Source: Cloacimonetes bacterium UBA5835 (lineage in GTDB: Bacteria > Cloacimonadota > Cloacimonadia > Cloacimonadales > Cloacimonadaceae). Taken from it: DNA of 64,000 nucleotides. Below, one piece after another: positions 9,979-20,539 of this stretch. The stretch lies in the NCBI GenBank assembly GCA_002432865.1, contig DJGX01000033.1, positions 4,122 through 68,121 on the forward strand, given 5' to 3'. The position numbers were made by a program, and so were the translations under genes. A model generated the notes under the pieces. The model was given only the letters and a program-made list of their open reading frames with translations, searched no databases and was not told the origin of the DNA. Every line of letters begins with the position of its first letter. Within the stretch, counting starts at the first letter, position 1.

Positions 9979-10370
9979 GTGGACAGTTTTAGAGATATCG
10001 GGATATATAATTATGATAAAGACGAGCTTTATTTGCCTCAGATAGGATCTAAATTCTGAAGTGATTACTGTGAATATACCATTTAAACATTCCGATAATT
10101 CCTATAGAGAGAATTACTCATAATTGCTTCATCTTGTTTCAGGTTGCATTATTATGGCAATTAAGAGTGATGTACTCCTTTTATTTACTTAACGATAGCG
10201 TTCGTCGAAAATTGTTTTCCGCTTTTTTAGCTAATTATTTATTCAGAATTTTACAGGATCGCAATCCTGTATTATTGCTGCCCTATCTTATAATCTTTTT
10301 TTCTCACTTGACATAAAATGATAGCTATATTTAAAGGTATATAAAATAAAAATCAGTTATGGAGGAACTA

Positions 10371-11708
10371 ATGACCATCAATGATTTTATGGCCAAAGTC
10401 GCAGCCAAGAATCCTGGCGAGCCTGAATTCTTACAGGCAGTTAAAGAAGTTGTGGAAACAGTTTGGGATGTTTATGTAAACAACCCTCGTTTCGTGAAAG
10501 CCAATATCCTTGAACGTATTGTAGAGCCCGAACGGGTCATCATTTTCCGTGTCCCTTGGATGGATGATAAGGGTGAAGTTCAAGTAAATCGCGGTTACCG
10601 CGTACAATTTAACAGTGCAATTGGACCCTATAAAGGTGGATTGCGTTTTCATCCAAGTGTAAATCTTTCCATTCTTAAGTTCTTGGGTTTTGAGCAGATT
10701 TTCAAAAACAGCTTAACCACTCTTCCTATGGGAGGAGGTAAAGGTGGAAGTGATTTCGACGCCAGAGGAAAAAGCGATGCCGAAATAATGCGTTTCTGTC
10801 AATCTTTTATGACAGAACTGTTCCGTTATATTGGACCCAACACTGATGTCCCAGCTGGTGATATTGGTGTAGGAGCTCGTGAAATTGGTTACCTTTTTGG
10901 AATGTATAAAAAGTTACAAAATGAATTTACTGGTGTTTTTACTGGCAAAGGTCTTAATTGGGGTGGAAGTTTAGTCCGTCCTGAAGCCACAGGTTTTGGT
11001 GTGGTTTATTTCACGGAAGAGATGCTGAAGACCAAAGGGGAAACAATTAAAGGTAAGAGAGTAGCCATTTCCGGTTTTGGAAATGTTGCTTGGGGTGCCG
11101 TACAAAAAGTTAATCACCTTGGTGGAAAAGTTGTAACTATCTCTGGTCCCGATGGTTATATTTTAGATGAAGATGGAATCAGTGGTGAAAAAATTGATTA
11201 TATGGTTGAATTGCGTGCTTCTAATAATGACCGTGTAAAAGATTATGCAGATAAATATCCTAACGCAAAATTCTTCCCTGGAAAGCGCCCCTGGGAAGTG
11301 AAAGTTGATGTTGCTATTCCTTGTGCTACACAAAACGAACTTAATGGAGACGATGCAAGATCACTGATTAATAATGGTGTTTTCTGTGTTACAGAAGCAG
11401 CTAATATGCCTTGTACTCCTGAAGCAATGGAAATTTTCTTGAATTCCAAAATTCTTTATGCTCCTGGGAAAGCTGCTAATGCAGGTGGTGTAGCCACAAG
11501 CGGATTAGAAATGAGCCAAAATTCTATTCGCCTTAGCTGGAGCAGAGAAGAAGTTGATGAAAAACTTCATGGAATTATGCAAAATATCCATAAAGCTTGT
11601 GTGGAAAGTGGTAAAGAAGCCGATGGCTATGTAAATTATGTTAAGGGTGCCAATATTGCTGGATTCCTGAAAGTAGCCAATGCTATGTGTGATCAGGGTA
11701 TTGTGTAA
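10371..11708 (+). CDS. gdhA: NADP-specific glutamate dehydrogenase
   Basis: GPYKGGLRFH, MGGGKGGSDF, VPAGDIGVG, RPEATGFG, GFGNVA. The ATG at 10359 overlaps GGAGG, which supports a start at 10371. Confidence 0.95.
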   Translation: MTINDFMAKVAAKNPGEPEFLQAVKEVVETVWDVYVNNPRFVKANILERIVEPERVIIFRVPWMDDKGEVQVNRGYRVQFNSAIGPYKGGLRFHPSVNLSILKFLGFEQIFKNSLTTLPMGGGKGGSDFDARGKSDAEIMRFCQSFMTELFRYIGPNTDVPAGDIGVGAREIGYLFGMYKKLQNEFTGVFTGKGLNWGGSLVRPEATGFGVVYFTEEMLKTKGETIKGKRVAISGFGNVAWGAVQKVNHLGGKVVTISGPDGYILDEDGISGEKIDYMVELRASNNDRVKDYADKYPNAKFFPGKRPWEVKVDVAIPCATQNELNGDDARSLINNGVFCVTEAANMPCTPEAMEIFLNSKILYAPGKAANAGGVATSGLEMSQNSIRLSWSREEVDEKLHGIMQNIHKACVESGKEADGYVNYVKGANIAGFLKVANAMCDQGIV

Positions 11709-11733
11709 ACCCCCTAATCTCTCTAAAATAGAT

Positions 11734-11768
11734 AAAGCCCGTATCGGTAAGTCGTTACGGGCTTTTTT
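11734..11768 (+). terminator. Intrinsic terminator after gdhA
   Basis: aaagcccgta-loop-tacgggcttt followed by a T run. Confidence 0.85.
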
Positions 11769-11797
11769 GTATTGATTTTGTCTTCTTCTATCATAAT

Positions 11798-11836
11798 AAA
11801 GGTGTAAAGGTTACTATATCAGTTTTTTACACCTTT
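11798..11836 (-). terminator. Hairpin downstream of the minus-strand oxidoreductase gene, likely terminator
   Basis: Perfect 11-bp inverted repeat aaaggtgtaaa / tttacaccttt with 17-nt loop. Confidence 0.5.
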
Positions 11837-11877
11837 TTCGTTGACTTCAAGAGACCGAGAGAAAAGTATCATAATCG

Positions 11878-14340
11878 TCAAATAAACAGATTCACATTAG
11901 ATTGTTCTGCATCCGCAAGGTAAGTAGCTACTCCCCCAACTTCTACTCCCTCAATCAATTCACTTGGTTCAACCCCCATAATATCCATACTCATTTGGCA
12001 AGCGATCATTTTTACTCCAGATTTTTTTGCTTGCATTATCATCGATTCGAGAGAATCCACATTTTTAGTTTTCATTCTTTGTCTCATTAAAACAGGACCC
12101 ATTCCAGCAAAGTTTATTTTTGACAAACTTAGTTTTTGAGAAGAGCGCGGCAGCATAATACTAAACATTGTTGCCATCATATCTTTTTTCTGTTTAGGAG
12201 GATTTGGTTTTTTAATAACATTTAAGCCCCAAAAAGTGAAGAACATCGTTACTTGTTTACCAGTTGAAGCAGCTCCATTGGCAATTACGAAAGCAGCCAA
12301 AGCTCTATCTAAAGCATCACTGAAGACAATTATGGTTTTATTATTTCCACTTTCCAAGCTCTTGGATATTTTATCACCACCCCCTTTTTGGATTCTGGCA
12401 ATTATTATTTTACCTTCCGTTTTCACTTCCAAAAGGGTGTTGCCAGTCATTTTACACCAGGCAGGAACATCTTTGGCAAATCCCGGGTCGCTGGCAGAAA
12501 TTTCCAAAATATCGCCTTCCGCCAATTTATCCATTTCGTTTTTTAAACGCATAATAGGTCCCGGACATTGTAAACCGCAAGCATCCGCAGTTATTGTTTT
12601 TATATCTCTTTCCATTTTTTCTTCCTTGCCTTTATAGATATTATCATCTTTCCCAATATAATCATCCGCAAAGATATCCTCGTTACTTTGTTTCTGAGTA
12701 GCGTATTCATAAGTAAGATATCCTCCGGAGAGATTATAAACATTCTTATAGCCGTTTTGCATTAAAATGCGCGCGGCAAAATATGAACGCAGACCGGTTC
12801 CGCAGAAAACCACTATTTGTTTATTTTCAGGTATTTCCTTCAACCTTGACCGTATATCATCCAAAGGGATGTTTATACTTCCTTCTATTGTTCCCAAAGC
12901 AGTTTCATCGGGAGTTCGCACATCAATGATAAAGGTATCATTTTTATCCAAGGAACTCAAATCATCCCAATGAATAATATTTACTAAACCGTTGATAATA
13001 TTATCAGCTACCATTCCGGCAATATTTACTGCATCTTTAGCGCTGGAAAATGGAGGAGCATAACTATGTTCAATTTCTTGAATTTCATAGATGGTCTCGT
13101 TATGTTTCAATATATGAGCCAGCATATCTGTCCTTTTATCTACGCCGTCAAAACCAACAATTTGTGCACCCAGCAGTTTCCCATCTTTAGGATTAAAAAC
13201 GATTTTTATAGTTATGGGCAGAGCATCAGGATAGTAACCTGCATGAGAAGAAGTATGTATGATGGAAGAAATATAATCTATTCCTGCATCTTTCAGAACT
13301 TTTTCCGATACTCCGGTTGAACCGACAGTAATATCAAAAACTTTGGCAATGGCAGTTCCAATACTGCCTTTATATTTTCGGATGTTACCTTTAACGATAT
13401 TATCAGCCACGATGCGTGCCTGTTTATTTGCAGGTCCCGCGAGATAAGTTGAGCTTTCCATTTTGGTAATCGGATTGGGATACGCAATTGCATCTCCCAA
13501 AGCATAAATATCAGGATCGCTGGTTTGCAGATAAGAATTTACTCTTATTCCTTTGTTTATTCCCAATTCCAAACCAGCTGCTTCTGCCAGTTTACTATCA
13601 GGACGAACTCCAATGGATAATAATACCATATCTGCATTTATTGTTCTCCCACTCTGTAAATGGACTTGCAAGCCACTTTCATTTCTACTAAAGGATGAGA
13701 CACCATCTTTAAGGTAAAACTCCACTTCTTTCGTTTTTAAGTGTTGATGGACAATAGCCGCCATTTCATAATCCAAAGGGGTCATAACCTGTTCCGCCAT
13801 TTCTACCAAAGTAACTTTCATCCCCAAATTATGTAAATTTTCCGCCATTTCCAATCCGATGAATCCTGCGCCAATAATAACGCAATGCTGAGCTTTATGG
13901 TTTTCAATATACTCCTTAATTTTATCAGTATCGGAAACATTTCGCAGAGTAAAAATAGCACTATCGGATATTCCAGGTAGAGGAGGAATTAAAGGTTCTG
14001 CGCCAGGTGAAAGAACCAGTTTATCATAATTTTCGTGATATTGGCTATCATCTGCTCTTTTTACCGTAACCGTTTTTTCCTTTCTATTGATAGCAATAAC
14101 TTCTTGATTGATGCGAACATCTACATTTAACCGAGCTTTAAAGCTTTCCGGCGTCTGAACAAACAGCCGATCCCTTTCTTTGATTACGCCTCCAATATAG
14201 TATGGTAAACCACAATTAGCATAGGATATATAGCTATAGCGCTCAAACATAATTATTTCCGCTTTTTCATCCAAGCGTCTTAAACGAGCTGCAGTTGTTG
14301 CTCCACCTGCAACACCACCGACAATCAAATATTTGGACAT
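11878..14340 (-). CDS. CoA-disulfide/persulfide reductase fused to rhodanese, TusA and DsrE/DsrF-like domains
   Basis: GGVAGG, SYANCG redox Cys, GAGFIG, YAPPFS; rhodanese VFCGTGLRS; TusA CGLQCPGP; DsrE-like FFTFWGL...IACQMS. Confidence 0.9.
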   Translation of the reverse strand: MSKYLIVGGVAGGATTAARLRRLDEKAEIIMFERYSYISYANCGLPYYIGGVIKERDRLFVQTPESFKARLNVDVRINQEVIAINRKEKTVTVKRADDSQYHENYDKLVLSPGAEPLIPPLPGISDSAIFTLRNVSDTDKIKEYIENHKAQHCVIIGAGFIGLEMAENLHNLGMKVTLVEMAEQVMTPLDYEMAAIVHQHLKTKEVEFYLKDGVSSFSRNESGLQVHLQSGRTINADMVLLSIGVRPDSKLAEAAGLELGINKGIRVNSYLQTSDPDIYALGDAIAYPNPITKMESSTYLAGPANKQARIVADNIVKGNIRKYKGSIGTAIAKVFDITVGSTGVSEKVLKDAGIDYISSIIHTSSHAGYYPDALPITIKIVFNPKDGKLLGAQIVGFDGVDKRTDMLAHILKHNETIYEIQEIEHSYAPPFSSAKDAVNIAGMVADNIINGLVNIIHWDDLSSLDKNDTFIIDVRTPDETALGTIEGSINIPLDDIRSRLKEIPENKQIVVFCGTGLRSYFAARILMQNGYKNVYNLSGGYLTYEYATQKQSNEDIFADDYIGKDDNIYKGKEEKMERDIKTITADACGLQCPGPIMRLKNEMDKLAEGDILEISASDPGFAKDVPAWCKMTGNTLLEVKTEGKIIIARIQKGGGDKISKSLESGNNKTIIVFSDALDRALAAFVIANGAASTGKQVTMFFTFWGLNVIKKPNPPKQKKDMMATMFSIMLPRSSQKLSLSKINFAGMGPVLMRQRMKTKNVDSLESMIMQAKKSGVKMIACQMSMDIMGVEPSELIEGVEVGGVATYLADAEQSNVNLFI

Positions 14341-14553
14341 TATTATAATCTCCTTTTTCTATATTATTTACTATATTGAATAAGATAATTGTTTATGCAT
14401 ATTTGGCAAGTATCAAATACATACATTTCGTCTCATAAGATTTTGAGATTCCGTTCAGGAATAGAACCATCTGAACGATTTGTTAAGAAAATTTAACCAA
14501 TTATTAGTCCTTTTTTCTTGCTCAAAATTAGTTAAATTATTTATAGGTTTTTT

Positions 14554-15270
14554 ATGGATGCACAAGATAAAAAAATATTTATCGTAGAGGATGAAAGAGA
14601 CATTCTGGAACTTATCAGAATGCAACTGAATTCCGCAGGTTTTACAGCAAAGGGTTTTGAAACAGCCCTACCAATGTTGAATTTGCTAAAAATTGAACAT
14701 CCGGATCTTCTTATTCTGGATTTGATGCTTCCCGATATTGATGGGATGGAAGTTTGTCGCCAATTGAAGAATGACAAAGCAACTCAGAAAATACCGATTT
14801 TAATGCTCACGGCAAGAACAGACCTTGAAGACAAGATCAAGGGTTTGGAATATGGTGCTGATGATTATATCACTAAGCCCTTTGAAACAAGAGAACTTAT
14901 TGCCAGGATAAAAGCCATCTTAAGACGCAGCGATTGGGAAAGCGACAAAAATGTTCTTTCCATAACTGAAAACTTCATAATTGATTTTAACCGTTACGAA
15001 GTGTGGGTACAAGGAAAGCGCCTTGATCTCACTTTAACGGAATTTAAAATATTGCAACTTTTAACTAAAAGACCAGGTTGGGTTTATAATCGCAGTCAGA
15101 TTTTGGATTATCTTTGGGGCAATGATAAGATAGTTATTGAGCGCACGATAGATGTGCATATCCGCAATTTAAGAGAAAAATTGGGTAATTATGCTTATCT
15201 GATTAAAAATATCAGAGGAGTGGGTTATCAATTTCTTAGCGAGATAGAAGATGACATTGAAAAAGACTAG
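14554..15270 (+). CDS. phoB: OmpR-family response regulator, PhoB-like
   Basis: IVEDE, LDLMLP, GADDYITKPF, winged helix RTIDVHIRNLREKL; next to the pst operon. Confidence 0.85.
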   Translation: MDAQDKKIFIVEDERDILELIRMQLNSAGFTAKGFETALPMLNLLKIEHPDLLILDLMLPDIDGMEVCRQLKNDKATQKIPILMLTARTDLEDKIKGLEYGADDYITKPFETRELIARIKAILRRSDWESDKNVLSITENFIIDFNRYEVWVQGKRLDLTLTEFKILQLLTKRPGWVYNRSQILDYLWGNDKIVIERTIDVHIRNLREKLGNYAYLIKNIRGVGYQFLSEIEDDIEKD

Positions 15271-16567
15271 TATCACTTCTTTGCTGATTTTTGCTTTTGC
15301 CTTTCTTATATTTCTAGGGTTTATTTTGATTTTGACCAGAGTTCCAATTGTACTGATATTAATTATAACAATTATTATAGCTGCACTTTTTGTTTGGATT
15401 CTCCATATTTTTTTACAAAAACAATTCTCACTTATCTTGCAAACAACTGCACATATAGTCAGAGGAAATCATACCATACGCATTCCTGAACTAAATACAA
15501 AAGAATTCAGTACTTTGCAAGAAGATCTGAACAGGATGCTGGAAAAGCTGGATAAAACCATTCACCATTTGGCTGTGCACCGTGAAGAACTGCGCTTAGT
15601 TCTAAGCTCCATAGACGATATTTTATGGTCTCAAAACCTGGAAGGCAAACTGGAATGGATTAATCAATCCTTTCAGCAGCTCTTTGGTGAAATTAATCCA
15701 AAGCAGCAAATTTACTATTGGGAAGTTATTCGCGATCCAGTGTTATTATCCTTTATCAAAAATAGCGAAAACAGTAAAGATAAACTTTTAAAGGAAGCAG
15801 AAATAGAAGGGCATTATTATCTATTTTCCAGCACCCATAATGATGTTGCCAAACGACGGGTTTTCATTTTGCAGAATATTGATGAAATCCGTCAGGTGGA
15901 ACAGATGAAAAAGGATTTCATCGTTAATTTGGCGCATGAATTACGCACTCCCTTAACTGCGATCAGTGGTTTTGCTGAAGCAATGGAAGATAGCATTAAT
16001 GTAACAAACAGAAGATATTTGCACATCATTCAAAATCATACTAAGCGGTTAATTCATTTAATAAGTGATTTAGAACAGCTAATCCGTCTGGAACGAAGCG
16101 GTTCAATAGAACTTCAAGAAATCAACTTAATCACCTTCCTGAATAATATTTCGCTGATTTTATCCCCGATTATCGAAGAGAAAGGGCTATATTTAAAACT
16201 TGAACTGGATGATAATCTACAGCGTTTAGTTTGTGACCCCTTTAAACTGGAACAAGTTTTTATCAATCTTGTCCAGAATTCACTGCGTTATACAACCAAA
16301 GGAGGCATAACCATCAAGAGTAAATTAATACAGAAGGAAGCATTTATAGAGGTCTCCGATACTGGTAAAGGAATTGATAATATCCATCTACCTCGTATTT
16401 TTGAACGCTTTTATGTAGCAGATCCCTCCCGGAATAAAACCAAGAGTGGAACTGGACTCGGTTTGGCAATTGTAAAACACATCATTCAATTACATAAAGG
16501 CAGGATAACTGTGCAAAGTGAACTCGGAAAAGGCACCACTTTCAGCATCTATCTTCCTCTGGAATAA
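15251..16567 (+). CDS. phoR: Sensor histidine kinase, PhoR-like
   Basis: Two N-terminal TMs, HAMP/PAS-like region, AHELRTPLT H-box, N/G1/F/G2 boxes. Confidence 0.85.
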   Translation: MTLKKTSITSLLIFAFAFLIFLGFILILTRVPIVLILIITIIIAALFVWILHIFLQKQFSLILQTTAHIVRGNHTIRIPELNTKEFSTLQEDLNRMLEKLDKTIHHLAVHREELRLVLSSIDDILWSQNLEGKLEWINQSFQQLFGEINPKQQIYYWEVIRDPVLLSFIKNSENSKDKLLKEAEIEGHYYLFSSTHNDVAKRRVFILQNIDEIRQVEQMKKDFIVNLAHELRTPLTAISGFAEAMEDSINVTNRRYLHIIQNHTKRLIHLISDLEQLIRLERSGSIELQEINLITFLNNISLILSPIIEEKGLYLKLELDDNLQRLVCDPFKLEQVFINLVQNSLRYTTKGGITIKSKLIQKEAFIEVSDTGKGIDNIHLPRIFERFYVADPSRNKTKSGTGLGLAIVKHIIQLHKGRITVQSELGKGTTFSIYLPLE

Positions 16568-16585
16568 TCTCTTACACTTTATGTT

Positions 16586-17107
16586 ATGAATTATTCACAG
16601 ACAGATAAGCTAATTACGCAATATAGCAATTTTGCCTATAGTGTTGCCAGAATATATCGAAATAAAGGGCTGGATTGGGAGGATTTGAAACAAGAATCAT
16701 TAATTGGTTTACTGAAAGCGTCTCAACACTATGATCCTGGAAAAAATGTAAAATTTACTACTTATGCCAGTTACTGGATCAAAAAACAGATTTGCGAAGC
16801 TCTAAAAAAAGATACCAGACACTTGGAAGAGGAATTACACGAAAATATCCCTACCGATAATAACATAGATCAAAATCCTGATTATAGCAATTATAACCTG
16901 AATGTTAGAAAAGAAAATACAGAATACCCTCAGTTCAGTTTTAATTTCCCCTCCGATATGCCTTCAATTGAAATAAACATACTGACACTTTCTTTCCAGG
17001 AAAATAAAACACTGAAAGAAATTGCCGAATTAATGAGTATCAGCGTAGAAAGAGTTAAACAGCACAAGAAAAAAGCCCTCCGTAGATTAAAAAAACATCT
17101 ACAATAA
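16586..17107 (+). CDS. Short sigma-70 family sigma factor (regions 2 and 4)
   Basis: DLKQESLIGLLKA..YDP..KFTTYASYWIK (region 2); TLKEIAELMSISVERVKQ (region 4 HTH). Confidence 0.85.
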   Translation: MNYSQTDKLITQYSNFAYSVARIYRNKGLDWEDLKQESLIGLLKASQHYDPGKNVKFTTYASYWIKKQICEALKKDTRHLEEELHENIPTDNNIDQNPDYSNYNLNVRKENTEYPQFSFNFPSDMPSIEINILTLSFQENKTLKEIAELMSISVERVKQHKKKALRRLKKHLQ

Positions 17108-17312
17108 CAACTGATTTTCCTAGTATTATTCAATAATAATCCCAAAAAATCTCAGTAACATCTCCATAATCTCATTAAGGGATCGTTTGGGAAGTGTTAG
17201 AGGATCTCCTAACAATATATGAAGCATCCTTGAGGTTTCCTAATAAGGTGGATAGGATATATACAAACAAGGATATAGACATCAGTAGTTATTTTAGCCA
17301 TAATCTATAGTA

Positions 17313-17978
17313 TTATATTGATTCTTCTTTAGTTTCAATGTTATGTTTAATTACTTTTCCCTGCACCAGAAAAATGGTATCTTCGGCAATATTGGTAGAG
17401 AGGTCGCCAATTCTTTCCAGATTTTTAGCAATTCGTAATATATGCAAATAGAGCTCTGTTTGTGAAGGATTTTCTCTTATAAGTGATGCTATTTTCTTAT
17501 ATATGTATCTATTATAGTTATCAACTTCATTATCAGCATCACAGACCTGGCGAGAAAGGATATAATCCTCTGCTGTAAATGCAATTATGGCATCTCTTAA
17601 CATTATTAAGGCAGCTTCTTTCATAGTAAAAAGCTCTGGAACAAGTTTTAAAACAGGACTGCTATAAAGTTCAGCAGCACTTTCGGCAATATTAACTGCT
17701 AGATCGCCAAGTCGTTCCAAGTCGTTAGTAATGCGATAGATCATTAGAATTTTCCTGAGGTCTTTGGCTTCGGGTTGATATAAAGCAATCAAAGTGAAAC
17801 ATTTATCATCCAGCTCAATTTCGATTTGGTTTACCTGGTTTTCGAAGTTATTTACTTCAGCCAGAAAACCGGTATTATTATAAAATAGGCCATCCATAGA
17901 TAAAGCTACCATTTTTTCTACTAAGCCCGCTTCTTTCATCAGCATTTTTTTTAGTTCTTGTATTCTATCAGAAAGCAT
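17313..17978 (-). CDS. phoU: Phosphate signalling protein PhoU
   Basis: DLERLGDLAVNIAE and NLERIGDLSTNIAE repeats. Confidence 0.95.
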   Translation of the reverse strand: MLSDRIQELKKMLMKEAGLVEKMVALSMDGLFYNNTGFLAEVNNFENQVNQIEIELDDKCFTLIALYQPEAKDLRKILMIYRITNDLERLGDLAVNIAESAAELYSSPVLKLVPELFTMKEAALIMLRDAIIAFTAEDYILSRQVCDADNEVDNYNRYIYKKIASLIRENPSQTELYLHILRIAKNLERIGDLSTNIAEDTIFLVQGKVIKHNIETKEESI

Positions 17979-17995
17979 TTATCCTCCTTAGTACT

Positions 17996-18754
17996 TTATC
18001 CGAAAACACCAGTCAAATAGGATTCGGTTCTTTTGTCCTTCGGAACAGTAAAAACTTTTTCTGTAGCTCCGTATTCAATCAGTTCTCCCAAATACATAAA
18101 GGCAGTATAATCTGAAATTCTACCTGCTTGTGCGATATTGTGAGTAACGATTAGAATACATACATTGTTTTTCAGTTCCAAACATAACTCTTCAATTTTT
18201 GCAGTAGATTGAGGGTCTAAAGCAGAGGTCGGTTCGTCAAGTAAAATCACTTCTGGTTTATTAGCTAAAGCTCTGGCGAGACATAATCTTTGTTGTTGAC
18301 CTCCAGATAATGCTAAGGCCGGACTGTGTAAACGGTCTTTTACTTCTTCCCAAAGCCAAGCTGCTTTTAAGGCAGTTTCTACTCTATCGTTAATTTCGTT
18401 TTTTGTGTATTTACCTTGTATTTGTAAGCCGTAAGCCACATTTTTATATATGCTTTTAGGGAAGGGATTAGGCTTTTGAAAAACCATTCCTACTCTAAAG
18501 CGGATTTGTGTCACATCTGTTTTCGGCGCGTATAAATCTTCATTGAATAGTTTTACTTTCCCTTTTATCCGGATTTCAGGAATCAGATCATTCATCCGGT
18601 TAAAACAGCGTAGTAAAGTTGATTTTCCGCATCCAGAGGGTCCGATAATTGCTGTAACTCTTTTATCCAATACCTGAAGATTCACATTTTTCAACACATA
18701 ATTCTGACCAAACCACAAGTCCAGATTTTCTGTAGTTAAAATTTCATTTACCAT
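17996..18754 (-). CDS. pstB: Phosphate ABC transporter ATPase
   Basis: [35 protein letters not shown]. Confidence 0.96.
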   Translation of the reverse strand: MVNEILTTENLDLWFGQNYVLKNVNLQVLDKRVTAIIGPSGCGKSTLLRCFNRMNDLIPEIRIKGKVKLFNEDLYAPKTDVTQIRFRVGMVFQKPNPFPKSIYKNVAYGLQIQGKYTKNEINDRVETALKAAWLWEEVKDRLHSPALALSGGQQQRLCLARALANKPEVILLDEPTSALDPQSTAKIEELCLELKNNVCILIVTHNIAQAGRISDYTAFMYLGELIEYGATEKVFTVPKDKRTESYLTGVFG

Positions 18755-19602
18755 TTTCTTTTTCTCCTAAAGTAAGAACGAATTAATATAGCTGTAGCGC
18801 TTACACCTAAAACCATAATTAATAAAACAACAGCGGTGCCATAAGCAATAGATTTCTGATATTCTGGATGAGTTCCTTCGGTCATTAAAGCATATATATG
18901 GTAAGGTAAAGCCATAACTTCATCGCTTAAACTTTTGGGTAACCGCCGTGTATAAAAAGTAGCTGCCGTGAACATAATAGGAGCAGTTTCTCCAGCAACT
19001 CTTCCAATGCAAATTATTATACCGGTTAAAATATTGGGTAATGCAGTTGGTAATACTATTCTCATTATAGTTTGTTTTTTGGTAGCACCCAAAGCAAGAG
19101 ATGCTTCATAAAAATCTATAGGAACGCTTTTAATTGCCTCTGTGCAGGAAGTTATAAAAAGAGGTAAGGCTAATATGGCTAAAGTAAACGCCCCTGAAAT
19201 CAATGAGACATTAAACCGTAAAAGATTCACAAAGATAGCCATTCCAAATAAGCCATAAATGATAGAAGGTGTTCCAGCCAGAGTATTTATAGCAGTTTGC
19301 ACAATATTCACCAAACATTTCGGTTTACCATAGTTGGTTAAAAAAATCGCAGTTAGTACCCCTAAGGGAATAACTATCATCATAGAGCATACAGTAAGCC
19401 AGAAAGTTCCTATTAAGGCAGGGAAAATGCCCCCTTCTTGCATTGCGTTTCTTGGTGCAGTGAATAAGAATTCCCAGCTTAAAACCTTCCCACCTAAATA
19501 GAAAATTCGGACTAGAAATATGAGTAATACCAATATTGTTAGGCATAGCAGAAGTGTTAGTAAGCTGAGTCCTATGTTATTAACAATTTTCCTTCTGATC
19601 AT
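18748..19602 (-). CDS. pstA: Phosphate ABC transporter permease PstA
   Basis: [29 protein letters not shown]. Confidence 0.93.
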   Translation of the reverse strand: MIRRKIVNNIGLSLLTLLLCLTILVLLIFLVRIFYLGGKVLSWEFLFTAPRNAMQEGGIFPALIGTFWLTVCSMMIVIPLGVLTAIFLTNYGKPKCLVNIVQTAINTLAGTPSIIYGLFGMAIFVNLLRFNVSLISGAFTLAILALPLFITSCTEAIKSVPIDFYEASLALGATKKQTIMRIVLPTALPNILTGIIICIGRVAGETAPIMFTAATFYTRRLPKSLSDEVMALPYHIYALMTEGTHPEYQKSIAYGTAVVLLIMVLGVSATAILIRSYFRRKRKW

Positions 19603-20483
19603 TTCCGCTCCCTTTTTAGAATGAAGAATTCTGTTATCAAATTGGAAAAGAAAGTTATTAGAAATAACAGAATTGCTAATGCATAAAGCGATTGATAATG
19701 TAAGCTTCCGATAACGGTCTCTCCCATTTCAGCAGCAATTGTAGAAGTTAACGGGCGCACAGAAGAAAAGACCCCTTGAGGAATTTGAGCGCTACCTCCA
19801 GCAACCATTAAAACGACCATTGTTTCTCCAATGGCTCTACCCACACCAAGCATAATACTTCCCAATATACCTCTTTTAGCAGCTGGAATAATAACAAGAA
19901 AAATACACTCCATTTTTGTAGATCCCAATGCCAAAGCCGCTTCCCGCAAAGATTTGGGTACACTTGAAAGAGCATCTTCACTCATACTGGCTACTATAGG
20001 AACAATCATAATTCCTAAAATTACAGAAGCAGAAAATATATTTAAACCCGTATCCAAATTTAACCAATTTCTAATTTGCGGAGCTAGAAAGGACATTCCA
20101 AAAAGTCCGTATACCACAGAAGGGATCCCTGCCAATAATTCTATTATGGGTTTGACTATTTCCTTCAAACAGTTTCCCGCTACTTCAGATATAAATATTG
20201 CACTCCCTAAACCTAAAGGTATTCCTATAAGTAAAGCACCAATCGTTACCGATAAAGAACCAACGATTAGTGTCCAGGCACCAAATTCAGGCTCAACATT
20301 TGTTGGATACCAATTGCAACCGAACAGAAAATCAAAAATAGGAACCTTGTTAAAAAGTGGTAAGCCTTCTTTAAACAAGCTGTATATTATAGCCAAGAGA
20401 GCTATAATAGTAAATAAAGATGTACTGTAAGTAAGAACTTGAAATGCTTTTTCACTATATTTTTTATTCATCATAGACCTCAT
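19599..20483 (-). CDS. pstC: Phosphate ABC transporter permease PstC
   Basis: ELLAGIPSVVYG, REAALALG, RAIGETM. Confidence 0.93.
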   Translation of the reverse strand: MRSMMNKKYSEKAFQVLTYSTSLFTIIALLAIIYSLFKEGLPLFNKVPIFDFLFGCNWYPTNVEPEFGAWTLIVGSLSVTIGALLIGIPLGLGSAIFISEVAGNCLKEIVKPIIELLAGIPSVVYGLFGMSFLAPQIRNWLNLDTGLNIFSASVILGIMIVPIVASMSEDALSSVPKSLREAALALGSTKMECIFLVIIPAAKRGILGSIMLGVGRAIGETMVVLMVAGGSAQIPQGVFSSVRPLTSTIAAEMGETVIGSLHYQSLYALAILLFLITFFSNLITEFFILKRERK

Positions 20484-20498
20484 CAGAATATTAATGAA

Positions 20499-20521
20499 GG
20501 GCAGAGGGTTAACCTCTACCC
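20499..20521 (-). promoter_or_regulatory. pstS-pstC intergenic hairpin (probable mRNA-stabilising or attenuating element)
   Basis: On the minus strand GGGTAGAGG-ttaac-CCTCTGCCC forms 9 bp with one G.U pair that works only on the transcribed strand. Confidence 0.55.
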
Positions 20522-20539
20522 ACAGTTCTTTCGTTCACT

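Noticed and set aside
9979-10300. Stop-riddled reading frame on the minus strand between pfp and gdhA as a pseudogene
   Set aside because: No recognisable protein similarity by eye.
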